A stretch of 64,000 nt of DNA from Octopus vulgaris (Eukaryota), in NCBI GenBank assembly GCA_951406725.2, contig OX597816.1:42842001-42906000 (forward strand). The letters are read 5' to 3'. Below, piece by piece: positions 33,339 through 47,732 of this stretch. Position 1 is the stretch's first letter. Each line of letters opens with the position of its first letter. Position numbers and translations under genes: made by a program. The notes beneath the pieces are model-generated. The model was not told the DNA's origin. It did no database searches and worked only from the letters and a program-made list of their open reading frames with translations.

Positions 33339-34454
33339 CGCACATACGTGTATATATGTGTGAGCAAGGGCGTACGTATGTTTGCTGCCAACGTCGAGTC
33401 TGCATATCCTCGGCTCGGTTATTACATAAACGATTCGGTGATTCTCTTTCAGCTTCTTATCCACTTGTTCTCGAAAGATGTTGTATAATACTATACAGTG
33501 TACAGACAGGATAGATTCGATTTTGACGTGAAATTTAATTAAAGTTATTCTTTTCCATATAGAATTAGAAGAATGGAATGCATAAGACTGGAGTTATCTG
33601 AAATTCTGTAAGCGCGAATACGTATTGTGACAGAAACAATAGTTATTCCAGCAATGGTTTTGCCGCGTGTTCTCTCAAAGAAAACACCTAATAACATGGA
33701 GATAAGGAATATATAAAAGAGCATGGTAGTTAGTATGGAACATCAAATAGATTGGTTTTAGAAGCTGCTTAAAAAGTAAACAAATAAAAGAAAAAAAACC
33801 GCATAGATATGTATTTAGCCGTCTTGACAACGTCCTCCTTCTCTTCTACTATATCAGTTCTTGTCAAGGCTGTTCTCTCCTTATTTTCGGTTTTCTTTTC
33901 TTTCGTTTTAACTTGCATGTCATTTAAATTTCTTAATCATATTCTTGTTTCCTTCATGTCTACTCCTTTTTCTTCTTTTCATCTTTCTTTCTGTTTTCTC
34001 TTTTTTTTCATTCTCTAATTGCCTATCTTTATCAATTTTTTTCTCTTGCATATACCCTGTAACTTTTTTTTATTATTATTATTCAGCTACATTTTGTTTT
34101 CTCTTCGATTTATTACTTCGACATTATTCTACTCATCATGATCATGAGCGTCATCATCATCATCATCTTCTTCTTCTTCTTCTTCTTCTTCTTCTTCTTC
34201 TTCTTCTTCTTCTTCTTCTTCTTTTTCTTCTGCTTCACTTTGCATCTCTTCTATACAGATAAATGCATGTATGTAGAATTATGCAAATATATATAAAATA
34301 TATAGTCACATACACATTGTATGTGTATATATAATTATATGTGTGTGTGTGAAAAATCAGTATATAATGGGTGGTTGCTAGAAAATTGGAATATTCGTGA
34401 AATGCCGATTTATATTATCAACACGATGAAAACTTTCATATGTATACACATACA

Positions 34455-34855
34455 AAATATTCTATAATTATAATCATAGTTACAATTAGGGTTCACGAAA
34501 AATTACTTCACCACATACCCAAATTTAGAAATAGCAGTTTCACGCAGGGAAAGAGAAAAAAATAACGAATCCACCCGGCTTTGATTAACTACATACGTGT
34601 TTCTGGGTTAAAGAGATGTAAAAAGATGTAAAATCATATTTCTACTCACTTACTCCCATCTTCAATATAGTATTTCAATTATATATTTCAGAGCACTGAT
34701 AGTTAACATACGTACTCGACCAAGTGCCATCTAATTATAATTATGCTTATAATTATAGAATTTTTGAATAAGGTTACCGGTAATTGTTATTTTAACATAC
34801 CGAACTACTTGGTAAAATTATTAATTATTGATTGATTATTTAATTTTACCTTTTA
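34455..34855 (-). mobile_element. HHR-bearing element family D with an inverted 3'-end copy
   Basis: Shares gggttca..caccac..aatttagaaatagcagt and aattttaccaagtag..ttcgg.atgt with 27090-27280. 34455-34487 recurs inverted at 34733-34765. Confidence 0.65.
34588..34671 (-). ncRNA. type-I hammerhead ribozyme (C3U)
   Basis: ACUAUA-UUGAAGA-UGGG...CCCA-GAAAC-AC-GUA-UGUAGU. Stem I 6 bp. Confidence 0.7.
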
Positions 34856-36154
34856 TTATTATGTATACACATATGTATAAATGCATATATACATACCTGT
34901 GTATATATATGCATACACATGTTTTCGCTTTTCTAGAGGAAAATTATACATATATAATTTTCCGCTTTTCTAGCGACCACCCTGGGATCTTTGTTCTTTT
35001 CATCAGTGTTTACAATTTTGTTTAAATTATTTCCAAATTTTATATATGGGTGAAGCTTTTATACTAATTATGAAGATAAAAAATCATTTTTCATATAAAT
35101 CCATATTTAAAAAGTTATTAGTGTTTAAAATTTGCAAAATTTGGGTATCTTAGCCTATCAGAAGCAGCTATTGTGCATATCACCGTGACAAAATCTCTTT
35201 TCCCAGAGTAACCAAGGATACTGTGCATGTGCACAAGGAGGAGAAGGAGATACGAGAAAGATAATATTATACTATCATAATACTTTTTCTCCGTCAAAAA
35301 TATGAATGAGAAAGAATGGAGTGATAGATGAATACGGAAGGAAGGAAGCCATCAATTTTGACGGCATGGGGTCAGATAGTTTAGTTTATAAAATCCTAGA
35401 GTATATTGCAAACTATCGTTCTTGAATTTTTCTAATAAATGTCTGTTTGAAACAATGGTTTGAGGGTTATTTCTAGCAATGTTTTAATATGCCGATGCCC
35501 CCTCCCCACCTGATGATGGAAGAGGCAGCGAACGCGCCGTTTTCGGATTGGCTGAAAAATCTGAAAATCTATCAAACTTTGAACACCTGTAACATTTCTG
35601 CAAAATTTTTCTGGAATAAATGAATAACAAACTCGGATTCAGCGTCAAAAATTACATCCATAACATACATTAAACCTGAGTTTTAAAGATAATTGTAAGC
35701 AGTGACGAAAAACCACAAAATCTCCACCCTGTATACACGCACACACACACACACGTGATTCGTTAGTATACGCATACGTACATGCCGATGTACATATAGC
35801 AGGGTATCTCAGAATTTCTCTACACATCCATACGATTTGGGTTCGATCACATTTATTCACTCGCTTAGTTTCTCAAAGGACCACATTCTTATCCATCGTT
35901 CGTGATGGGCGAGACAACATACAGTATGATATACGTTTTATTTATTATTTTGCACATTACTTAATCATTGGTATATGTTTTATCTTATATTTAATCTTTC
36001 TATAGGATGTAATTTTTCTAAACGGTATGATTTAATTTTTTCATTATTGAAAAAGGTGTTTTTTTTCTAATTTACATATTTTATTTATTTATTTATTAAA
36101 TATATATAACTATCAAAAAATATTAAAAAGTTTAATATAAGATAAAAATTAAAA

Positions 36155-36251
36155 CCACTAGGATCGTTTCATGCCCATAACCTAATTCGAATAACAATGA
36201 TTTAAATTCAATTAATAATTCGAATTATGGTTATAGTCGATCTTCAGGTTA
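36155..36251 (-). ncRNA. decayed hammerhead ribozyme with an extended stem II
   Basis: CUGAAGA...AUAACCaUAAUUCGAAU/AUUCGAAUUAGGUUAU...GAAAC-GAUC-CUA. Stem III G>C change and weak stem I. Confidence 0.6.
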
Positions 36252-36613
36252 ATGATAATAGTTAAATAAATAATCAAATATATTTAAACAATAATTTTTT
36301 AAAGAAATGAATAATATAATAATTTTTGTTATAAAAAACTCTATTATCAAACTAGAAGCTTTAACTATTATGATTATGTCATACAATCAATTATAATGTT
36401 AAATATTAATTTTTAAGGTAAGAATAGATAGAAAATGTATTTATCTATTCAAATATAATATGGCCTTTAAAAAAACATAATAAACCCACGAATAATCTAA
36501 TCTCAGTTATAGTCCATATCTAATTTACCTAAATATTAAAAAAAAAATCACTATTCATATTATATTATTCATATTATTAAAGTTAATTTCATATCAAATA
36601 ATTATTAAATAAT

Positions 36614-36644
<31 letters not shown>

Positions 36645-36662
36645 ATACATCAAGTACAGAAC

Positions 36663-36810
36663 ATCACCAACGAGTGAAAATTACGTAGACACACGAGCGA
36701 TTAGCACAGGACCAAGTACCAAAAAAATATACGATAAGAATATATCACCAACGAGTGGGAAATACGTAAACACATAATGAGAGAAAATTACGAGACAAAG
36801 TACCAAAAGT
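36663..36810. repeat. ~80-bp imperfect tandem duplication
   Basis: atcaccaacgagtg...tacgta.acaca...caagtaccaaaa occurs twice. Confidence 0.75.
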
Positions 36811-36972
36811 AGTCGAACTCCTCCTCAGCCGACTGCTATTTACTTCCTATTTCGGGCTTTACTCCCTATATCGACAATGTAAGAGAACTTCATAAAACAG
36901 CAGCATCCAGAAATTTTTTAAATGTAAAATTACTGGAGAGTTAGAGCTTCGAACGAAATGTCTGTGTGTGTA

Positions 36973-37054
<82 letters not shown>

Positions 37055-37055
<1 letters not shown>

Positions 37056-37548
37056 TGTAATGGCATGCATAAGATCTGGGCATCAAATCTAAGTAGAGAC
37101 TTCAAACTTGAAATCTTCAAAGCCACAGTCGAACCAATTCTACTATATGGCTCAGAAACCTGGACGTTATCAAAGAAGCTTGAGAGGCGGTTGGATGGAA
37201 CCTACACTCGCCTCCTTATGAAAGCTCAAAATCTCTCGTGGAAGCGTCATCCAAACAAAATGCAAATATATAGGAAACTACCACCTGTGTCATCTCTTGT
37301 GAAAGGTAGGAGAGTCCAGTTTGCTGGACATTGTTGTAGAGCTGAAAACGAGGCAATTTCTAATCCTTTCCTCTGGAAGCCATTTACTCGCAATACCAGA
37401 GGGCGCACACTCTCCTACCCTGATGTAATCTCCAGGGATACATGCATCCAGCAACAGGACCGCCGTAATGCTATGATGGACCGTGAAGTAGATTGCTAAA
37501 TTCCATTGTCTCGACCACGGTCGAACAATGATAATGGTGATGATGATG
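37055..37548 (+). mobile_element. 5'-truncated RTE/RTE-X LINE 3' end with a (GAT)n tail, inserted in (TG)n
   Basis: FKATVEPILLYGSETWT...RLDGTYTRLL...RRVQFAGHC. Confidence 0.9.
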
Positions 37549-37800
37549 TGTGTGTGTGTGCGCGCGTGTGTGTATGTGTGTATAGATGTATGTATGTATA
37601 TGTGTTTTCGCATTTGTGTGTATCTGTATATATGAGTGTGTGTATATTTGCAAGTATGTTTGTGTGCGTGTGTGTGTCAAAAATTATGCATTTTCATTTG
37701 ATTAGTGACAAAGCTGTGGTCAAATAAATTACCCACGCATATTTTTTGCAGAAGTTTAGGACATTGAAATGTTTAAACATGTTTCGCTGGTAATATATAG

Positions 37801-37868
37801 CTGTGATAAAAAATGCAAATATTCTGTGATAAAAAATGCAAATATTCTGTGATAAAAATGCAAATATT
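37801..37868. repeat. 23-bp minisatellite, 3 copies
   Basis: ctgtgataaaaaatgcaaatatt. Confidence 0.9.
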
Positions 37869-38399
37869 TATATCTGGTCACACAGAAGAGCAAAGCCAAA
37901 AACAAACGGAAATACAAAAAAGGCTACATGAAAGAAAAAGGCAAAATAAAGGAAAGCGGGAAATAAGGATGTATTTATTGTTTTTGATTAAGGCAACGGT
38001 AGTTATATGACTAGGTATGTCTTAGAAATAATTATCGTGAAATAAAATGAACGACGGGCAAATAAATCGTGTAGATGTTTATAGGAATATTACATCTACA
38101 CATGCGTACATACATATACGCATATTCATATAGACAATACCTCACATACACAGGCTCATATATAGATATTTACACGTAAAATACTAAGAAATAGAGTGAT
38201 AAAAGTGAGGAAAGAGGTGCTGGAGGAGGTAGAAGAAAGAAAATGTATTTGAATATGGCTGTGCTCATGCAAAAAAAAAATCTGATCTAAAACAATCGTC
38301 AGACTTTTACTTTTAGGCGGGGCTCACCCAGTAACTCAGATTTCCTCCCTGTCCATAGTAACAAGGTGAGACAAATTCCGTTCAAATTTCGGAAAATAT

Positions 38400-38700
38400 A
38401 CGAATGAAGAGATTTTTCTGAGAACTATATGCTTTTACTTCAAATTATAACTGCTATTGGGACTATCAAAAGACTTGAAATATTCGATGAAGCTCTAATC
38501 GATACTCTACGCTGCATCCTTGTGTTTTATTAGCTGCACGTGTCTGGCTACCGTCTTCGTGTTCAGATAACAGTAATGTCCAGAAAAGTCCAGATAGCAG
38601 TCGTTTCTCTTTTCAAGTTTCATTCTTCCTCTTTCTGGAGTTGTGGGGAGGGTGCAGTTGCCCCTTAATTATCATTACATCCTGGTCTGTTCTGTGCTAG
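38400..38700 (-). pseudogene. possible degenerate LINE RT relic
   Basis: SFIEYFKSFDSP resembles RT motif FIDxxKAFDSV; the surroundings are full of stops. Confidence 0.35.
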
Positions 38701-39181
38701 AACAGTAATACCTGTCAGGATCCCGTCTAAAGGTTAAATATTTCCCCCAGAAGTAGAGAAAACTCCCGTTAGTTTTTGGCAAGGTAGCTCTTCCAGGAGA
38801 AAGGTCTCTGATATAAAACCATGCCTTTGTCAATTAAATTCAATGACATACGGATGTGTCGATATCATTTTATTTCTTGATCAATTCAGTATTTCATAAT
38901 ATCCTATTGCGGTGGATGCGTGCCGGCTTGTAAAATTATATCCACACACAGGCAAGAATAAATTAAATCAGAACTATCAGGCTGAATGTGAGATGACTAC
39001 CATCTGACAATATAAGGCAATCATCTCAAATGCATGTATGTATGTATGCATGTATGTATGTACGTATGTATGCATGGATATGTGTTTACTGCCACCCCTT
39101 TCTGTATGCACACATATATGTATGCATTTGCGTGTGCGCGGCTCTTTCTGTGTGTGCATGTGTAGGAGGGTATATATATAT

Positions 39182-39739
39182 TTACCGGTTTAGTAAATGT
39201 TTTTATCTTCATTTCACTTAATTTATCAAGCTTTTGTATTCCTAGCACATATTTCGCCTTAATGTACTGATATATGAAAAATATATGGCTTGTGTTAGTA
39301 ATACCAGCGATTATAATTATTTTTATTTTATCGCAATTTGATTTGTTTACATATTTCTCGATAAATTATGAGCGCCAGGCGATATACCAGAATTCCCTAG
39401 TTTTGTCGGGACGTTCGGAGTCTGCGCAGTGATATGATTAGTTAGGGAGAGTAAAACATTAGAAGTACATGCTTCTAGTGAGTTAGGATCCCAGAAAAAC
39501 AGGGTCTCACTGAAGAGTTCTCCATGAGCAAATAAATTATCTTTATTGCTGAAAAGAAAGAAACTGCAGTCTGAGAATTACCGGTTTAGTAAATGTTTTT
39601 ATCTTCATTTCACTTAATATATCAAGCTTCTGTATTCCTAGCACATATTTCGCCTTAATGTACTGATATATGAAAAATATATGGCTTGTGTTAGTAATAC
39701 CAGCGATTATAATTATTTTTATTTTATCGCAATTTGATT

Positions 39740-39744
<5 letters not shown>
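39182..39744 (+). mobile_element. retrozyme-like non-coding retroelement: 1.4 tandem units of a 396-bp monomer containing one HHR
   Basis: 167-bp direct repeats 39182-39348 and 39578-39744 (2 mismatches seen), (TA)n on both flanks, no ORF. Confidence 0.85.
39505..39576 (+). ncRNA. canonical type-I hammerhead ribozyme
   Basis: UCUCA-CUGAAGA-gUUC...GCAAAUAAA/UUUAUUGC...GAAa-GAAAC-UGCA-GUC-UGAGA. Predicted cleavage after 39571. Confidence 0.88.
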
Positions 39745-39788
<44 letters not shown>

Positions 39789-40666
39789 CATACATACATA
39801 GAGAGATAGGTAGTGTTGAGCAACATCGTTGAATAATTGTCATCAAACAGCCGGTTCACTTCAGAGGGTATCTGAAAATGTAGGTTTAGTTATCTTATAT
39901 AGTAACACTATTTAATCAACAACACAATGTTTCAGTTATACGCATTACAATTTATATTAAAGCGAATTTATACTTACCACTGGGCTTACATTCATGAGAA
40001 ATATATCTGTGCATAATGTTTATAACATTCAACGATTTGCTGTCGTAAACAAAACATTTTTTCTGCAATGTTTTAGCATTTCTTGTCTGAATGCAATCAA
40101 ATGCATCTTACGATCCTAATTTCCCCCTGTAAATATATTGTTTGTGACTTGTTCTTACAACCAGTATTCATTAATCAAATAGCATAAAAAATATCATTTG
40201 CCATTCATTAGTTGTTTATACGAAACAAAAATGGAAAAAATGATACACTCTATACAAAATCTAATCACAAATAAGTATAGCATTTAAGCAGAGGGTCAAG
40301 GTCTTAGGAGAGTGATAAACTGAGGGGGTTGATCGGAGATATTTGAGAACTGAGGATCATAAACTGTCGATAGTAATTATAAAGAGACGTGGAGTTTGTA
40401 TTTTACATGTGTTGATTGGAAGGATTCGCTACCATTTAAAATCTTTAGTAATTTTACAAAGATGCATAAATGCAGTTATGGACGGCTGTATATGTATATC
40501 AATATATATGCATATATAACATCAGAATATTTATATTTATTTAACGTTCAAAGATTGATACAATAAATTGTGGAAGTTCTAGAGATAATTAATGAAAACG
40601 CTATATATACATATGTGTGTGTGTGTGTTAGTGTGTGTCTGTGTTTGTGTGTGTTAGTGTGTGTGT

Positions 40667-40900
40667 GGAGGCGCGTAGCTTAGTGGTTAGGGTATCAGCA
40701 TCATTGTGGTTTCGATTCCTGGACCGGGCGCCGCGTTGTGTTTTTGAGCAAAACACCTCATTTCACGTTGCTCCAGTGCACTCAGCTGGCAAAAATAAGT
40801 AACGCTGCGATGGACTGGCATCCAGTCCAGCTGGGGAACACATACGCCATAGAAACCGGGAAACCGGACCAATGAGCCTAGCTAGGCTTTAAAGGGCGCA
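40667..40900 (+). mobile_element. tRNA-derived SINE (CORE-like middle)
   Basis: ggaggcgcgtagcttagtggttaggg...gtttcgattcc...ttgagcaaaacac. 3' part shared with 61712-61815. Confidence 0.85.
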
Positions 40901-40936
40901 TATATAAATGTATATATATATATGTATGTATGTATG

Positions 40937-40969
<33 letters not shown>

Positions 40970-41053
40970 ATATATATATAATGGTAAAAATGGTAAAACA
41001 ACAAAAGAATGAAAGAGACCTCGACATTATGTAAATAGAGGAAATTATCTGTA

Positions 41054-41126
<73 letters not shown>

Positions 41127-41257
41127 GTATGCATGTATGTATGCATGTATGTATGTATGTATGTACGTATGTATCTATGTAAGTATGTATGTATGTATGT
41201 ATGTATGTATGTCGTTGTCGTTTTTGTTCTAATTATTGTTTCCGTTTTTGTTGTTGT

Positions 41258-41600
41258 TTAACACAGCACCCGAACGGAGAAGTATATCAACCAGTGGGCT
41301 AATGTAACAGTCCTCATTTGGATTTCGAGATCTTTGCAGAGGATTCGTGCACTACCAAGCAACGCTATCTTCTATTGATGGCCAATCTCCACATTTATTC
41401 CTATTCCACATTCTAGTTTGTGACCTTCGCACTTACAGTTCCAGGATTCCAACAACAAAAGAAGCACCGCTTCAATGCTCAGAATCCTTTTATCTCGCAC
41501 TTCAAGTGATCATTTCTGACTTGCTTCTCTTTTGTTTTCGATATGCTGTCATCGCCATGGCATGCAATATTTCTGATGGAACAGGATATTTTCATTATTT
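41258..41600 (-). pseudogene. old R4/Dong-like LINE 3' end
   Basis: IACHGDDSI..KEK...KIALLGSARIL, followed by a (CAA)n-like tail. Confidence 0.6.
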
Positions 41601-43478
41601 ACGACTATATTTGGCTTTCGATTTAGTGTAGTCATTCTAAAATATTGTGACTGCTACAGATAAATTTGCGCTGATATTTTTTACTGGGTAATGTGATGAA
41701 TTAGTGGCATGATGCTGGGTAGTGGCATGATGCTTATTTGTTATATTTGTTGTTTTTGCTGATACTGTTGCTGTGGCTGCTGTTGCAGTTGATTATGATT
41801 ATGTTGATCATGATAAGGGAATGAGCAGAACTTTGACCAATGCCAGCTACGACAATCGTGTTTCACTTTTTATTCAGGTATTGTGTCTTTTGATCGCATA
41901 TGACCATATCATAGAAAGTGCCGTTGTTGTTGTTCAGAAGGTAGGATATAATTTAAAGAGATTTCGCTTCTATTTCTTGTAAGTTTAACGCTTTCGTACA
42001 GCAACTTTTATTAACCCAATCAGTATTTGTGGGGTGAGATATATTCCGACGTTTCACCTAATAGTTGTGCATCTGGTTGGGTCTGAGCAACAGCTGCTAA
42101 CATATAAGTAATGAACACGAGTATGTAAATTTTCCTAATGTGCATATGCATCTCTCACACAGTCGATCAGTCTGTCACTCACTAACTCTCTGTCACTAAT
42201 TTTGGCTGCCTGTCTCTCACTCATTCTCTCTTTCTCTCTCTCTCCCTCTCTCTTCAAAACTGCTTCCGTGTCCTTTTCACATACGACACGTTAATGAAGT
42301 GTTTTACAGTACCACTCTATTTTCAAAGGTGATATCCAATCGGGCTTCAAACAAGAAGCTATTATGCAATACCTTATTGCCTTCAGATGAATCCAAAAGT
42401 GAGTTCAAAACACTCAAAAGAGAGAAATTGAAGAAATTGTAGACGTAGCTTTGTCTAAAAACTAAATTCTAGTCAGACATCTGCAACTTGAGGGAAATGC
42501 ATGTTATATTGGATCTTCCTTGCCACTAAAACCCTTTTTAGAGCAGAGATAGGGTTTCCGAAAAGTGAAGACCTTTATCTTCTCTACAGTGCGTGTTTAC
42601 ATAGGTAACTCTCCAACCATGTAGATATATGATACCTGAAAACAGTGATGGATAATCTATTCACTGGCTCAACACAAAATGTGTTGGAAGCTCATTGACA
42701 GAACATTCTAGGTTTTTCACAGGGATAAACCGTCATCAACACATGGGATTAACAAGAACTGTCCAAAAAACTGCCCGGTGGATCACTACTACCCCCTCTT
42801 AAATTTGCACTGCTGACTCAACAGAGAGAGCCTACATTCAACAGTTGAAAATTCGCTCTTTAATTTCATATCGTGGAGAGAAATCTATGTGCTTTAGAAA
42901 AGTTGGAATAGCTTCCGTAAGAAATAAAACCGTCATATAATATTCATACTTGTTGTGCGCAGTTTGGTGTCAAATGTTCAACAGAACTTACCGATATAGT
43001 TGCATTCAATGAAAGCAGTTTTCTTACTGCAGTCTCTCTTAGGATATCTGTCAAATCTACCTTCTCTCGTAGCTAGCTCTCACAAATAACTTATGTTTTG
43101 ACACATCTACCCACAGCGAAAATGATCAAACTTATCTATTATGCAGTTCAATTTATAATGAATGTGCACACATAAATATACGCACACACATATACACACT
43201 CAGAGGCACACACACGTACATGTATATGGACACATATATGCACATACAAAAATATATATTATATATATATATATGTGCATATATGCACCATGTATAATGT
43301 ATTATAATATGATATAATATAGCATAATATATATACGTATATATATATATGTAGATAGAGATAGATATATATATATGTATGTATAAACATACATATATAT
43401 ATATATATATGCACATATATATACATGCATATATATACATATATGTAAATTCCTCTATATAATATGGAGGTCTCTATC

Positions 43479-43510
<32 letters not shown>

Positions 43511-43784
43511 GTATGTATTTATGTATGTATATGTATATATGTATATATGTATATATATATACTTATTGAATGACAAACACCACCTTTTGGCTAAACAGTT
43601 AAAATACCAACCAAAATGAGGTGATGGAATTCGCTAATGGTTTTTTAAAATATATGTATAATATATAATAAATAAGGTAGGATGGAATGACACGTGAAAT
43701 ATTAATTAAATGTCGCTACATACAAGATACTGGTGTTTCAAATTGTGTTTGAGTTTACGAGTATACGTGGGTGACAATTGTGAG

Positions 43785-44260
43785 AATATGGGTTTCAAAT
43801 TTTGCCACAAGATCAGCAATCTCGGAGAGGAGGCTAGTCGGTTTCAACGACCCCAGTATTTAGCTGGTACTTATTTTATCGACCCTGAAAGGGTGAAACG
43901 CAAGCCTGACTTCGGTGATATTGGGACTCAGAACATAAGAATGACGATATGCCGTTAAACATTATTCTTTTTTTTTTTTTTTGGCGTGGTAAAGATTTTG
44001 TCAGCTCTTCGTCATTATAAATGTGGAAATTTTAAGTTCGAGGCTAAAGCGGTGGCCTGATTGAATGGTGAGCATGCCCGGTAAAATGCTTACCGGCATT
44101 TCGTCCGTCTTTACGTTCTGAGATCAGAGTCCACCGTGGTCGATTTTGCATTTCATCCTTTAGGGGGTCGATAAAATACACACTAGTTCAGCACTAAATT
44201 CGATGCAGTCGTCTTTCCATCTCCCCTAAAATTGGTGATTTTGTGCCAAGATTTGAAACT
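43785..44260. mobile_element. two degenerate SINE family 2 copies, head to head (minus ~43785-44010, plus ~44048-44260)
   Basis: ggtacttattttatcgaccc..gaaagggtgaa and gaatggtgagcatgcccggtaaaatgctta. Confidence 0.7.
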
Positions 44261-45327
44261 CGGAGGTGTGGCTCATATGTAAGAGTTTTTAAGGAAATAT
44301 AATTAAATAGGTAGTAATGAAATAAATTCTGAATTCAATGTATAGTGAAATAATTATATAGCTAAATAGAGAAATGAATAATTATTCTAATAATTAAATG
44401 CATCGAATAACTGAATAAAGAGATGACTTACTAAATTATTTATATAATTAAACAATTATTTAATGGCAAATACATGATTCCTAACTAACACTCCATTAGC
44501 TAAAGAATGTGCCGAGGGAACACGCGATAATTAACGATATATGATAACGAGGCAACAAGGAAGCTCGATGCTCGTTAAATATGTGTATTATACCGAACAA
44601 AGAGTTAAGGTATTACAATTACTGTTAACTTCACCAATTCGGTTACGAATTTAACAGATAATAACATCTATATTTTGTAACGGATTGATTTGTGTATCAC
44701 ATCCTGTTTGTTGTTCGTGTTATGACATGTATTTAGCGAGGGACATATAGTTTTTTATGTCACCTTGCATGTGTTATGTAACCCGATCTGTTATGATGAA
44801 TGTGTGGTCCGATGAGTTATTGCGTTTATGTGGTACATCATTTGTTCCTATATAAATAACGTGGTATGCGCAAGTGTGTTTTCGTATTTTATGTGTAGCA
44901 GAGTGTGTTCCACTCTATGATTAACTTCGTGTGTATAAGTGTAGGTGTAAATGTATTTGTAGTGCTGCATGCATAGAGGTGACCTGTGTGCTGTTCTATG
45001 TGAAGACACGAATTTGTAATTTTTATCGTATTTTGTTCTTTCATACACTGAACTACGTATGCTTGTTTGCAAATCAGGCTTTGTGTAAAATATGTTTTGT
45101 GATATATCTGCAGCGTGTAAAGTAGTGTGTAGCATAGTAAATTGCTTTGTAGTCGTGTGTGAATTGGTATACGTGTATTGCGTGTGCAGTTATGTATATA
45201 TTCAAGAAAGAGCCACTGATGTGTTCACTGATTTCCTCACAGTTTAGCAGGAGTGCCTCCCTTAGTGAATATCTAAAATCAACATCATGTATATACACAC
45301 ACATATTCACTCACACGTATATATGTA

Positions 45328-45505
<178 letters not shown>

Positions 45506-45970
45506 CCTTTTTTTCGTCCCCCCTTACTCAGTATATGAGAATCGCTACATAGATGATTTTAACTTGCGTGCGAGATGGATTGCGTAAATATATGTACGCA
45601 TGCATTTATGTGTATATATTAGATTTATATTTATACGTCTGTATATGTATGGCGTTTGCACGCATCCTTCTGTGTATGTTGATATATATATGTACACTTT
45701 AATAATAATATGTATTGCAGTGTAATATTTATAATATGCTTTAATTATACTTTCTTCATTAATGTCAATATGTATTTTATTCAATGTAAGGTTTTTTCCT
45801 CGAATTTTATAATTTTTATAAGTTTTTATATATATATATACATATATGTTTGACCTTTTTGTTTATCGCTCGAAGATTGACCGTTTTTTCTAAAGGTCCA
45901 TTTTTTTTTAAAGGTGTAGCGTTTGTAAGAGTCTAGATTGAATTGATATATCGGTCCCATTCTAGCAAAA

Positions 45971-46004
45971 ACTGTCTGATGAACGGCAACAAGAAACTCA
46001 CAGT
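45971..46004 (+). ncRNA. degenerate minimal hammerhead motif in a ~195-bp TA-flanked unit (45848-46042)
   Basis: ACUGU-CUGAUGAA-cggcaacaa-GAAAC-UC-ACAGU. Stem I is perfect, stem II is broken. Confidence 0.55.
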
Positions 46005-46042
46005 ATCAGATTTTGTTGAATTTTCTGCTGCTTAAAATAAAG

Positions 46043-46074
<32 letters not shown>

Positions 46075-46103
46075 TATAATATATATATATGTATATATAT
46101 ATG

Positions 46104-46235
<132 letters not shown>

Positions 46236-46339
46236 GGGGCGATGGGTAATTTTTTGGCAATTTTAGTTTTAATTTCACGCTTGCCATTATTTTTGATTTT
46301 TCGATCACATGCTTCACCCAGTTCTCGAGAGTTTTATTT

Positions 46340-46770
46340 TTTTCATTTAACTTTCTCAATGACGGTCTCTAATTGACCGTCATCGATGACAGATGGGCGA
46401 CCACTAAGCTCACGATTTTCAACGCTCAAGTCTCCTCTCCGAAATCGTTTAAACCATATTCGAGCTGACCACCCACTGGTCATTTACTCACCAAACGTTT
46501 CGTTGATGTGGCGAGCAATTTCAGCTGCTTTACGTCTTTGAAGTTGAATAGCAAAATTGCTCAAACATCGCGCTTTGAAAGTTTCATTTCAGCTGATTGC
46601 AACAAGAGTGAAAAAATATCAATGTTAATTTATTGATGCATTTGGGCAAGTCTGTGTCTGTATTATCAGATAATTGCCAAAAAATATAAATTAAAATTCA
46701 AATATCTACAAAATCCGGTACAAATCCTTCATGGTTCAAAATGTTACTTACTTTTTACTCAATCTGATAC
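46340..46770 (-). pseudogene. mariner transposase 5' relic with one TIR
   Basis: KAAEIARHINETFG...WFKRFRRGDLSVENRELSGRPSVIDD (HTH region). TIR-like tatcagattgagtaaaaagtaag at 46770. Confidence 0.8.
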
Positions 46771-47540
46771 ATACACGTTATTATGGACGTAAAAGTTAAA
46801 CCCTATATTACAAATGGGTTTCTATATACGAATGTATATGTATGTGTATATATGTGTGTAGAAACAAATGAGTTGCACGTGTTGGGGAATATTACCAGGC
46901 AGTTACATATGAGGATGCCTAACTAAATATCAAGGTACTTAACATTAGTGTACAACGTTGTGGTTGAAGCTGGCAAAAGCACAACGAGAATAAATTGATA
47001 GATATATCAAATTGGCGGATGCAGTATTTAGAAGTTTCCTTTGAAGATTATAGTATGTAACTATCCAAGAAGGGCCACCTATCACACAGATCTCTTTAAT
47101 ACTTACTACAGAAGAATTGCTACAAGGAAGAAGAAGAAATAACGTTCTCTCTTTTTATCCCACTGTAACAGACTCTCGGAGTTTCCTTCAATATTTCTTT
47201 GATTCAATTTTTATATACTTTTTTTTTATTACGGATTCGAACGTCTGTTTTCGCGTATTTCGTATATTTATTTTGTTTTGCATTTGCTCTTTCTTTATGC
47301 GTCAGTCAATTTCTTCCATACCAATATTATGTATTCCAGTTCTGGAAACTTTGGATTTCAATCAGTATTTTTCCTTCGTTGATGAATAACGATATTTTCG
47401 TTTTGTCTGTTTGATTTTTTTTTGTTTTTTCTTTCATACCTTGATTCACTAATATATATTTTGTTTTCATTTCTGTTACTTTTCATTTATTTTCTTGGAT
47501 TTCATTCGCACCACTTTGATCCTAATCTCTTTCATCTATG

Positions 47541-47586
<46 letters not shown>

Positions 47587-47694
47587 GATACATATATACA
47601 TATATATACATAGATACATATATACATATATTTCACTCTGTGTGTATGTGTATACGTGTACGTATATTTGTATATAATATATATATACATAGGC

Positions 47695-47732
<38 letters not shown>

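Noticed and set aside
34985-35733. DNA-transposon-like non-autonomous sequence
   Set aside because: Could not define matching TIRs or a TSD.
37801-37868. Short regularly repeated unit as a CRISPR candidate
   Set aside because: No spacers, eukaryotic context and no cas genes; simple minisatellite.
40667-40740. tRNA-like sequences (also 52028, 53800 and 61930-62002)
   Set aside because: They are SINE heads continuing into repeat bodies, not complete cloverleaf tRNA genes.
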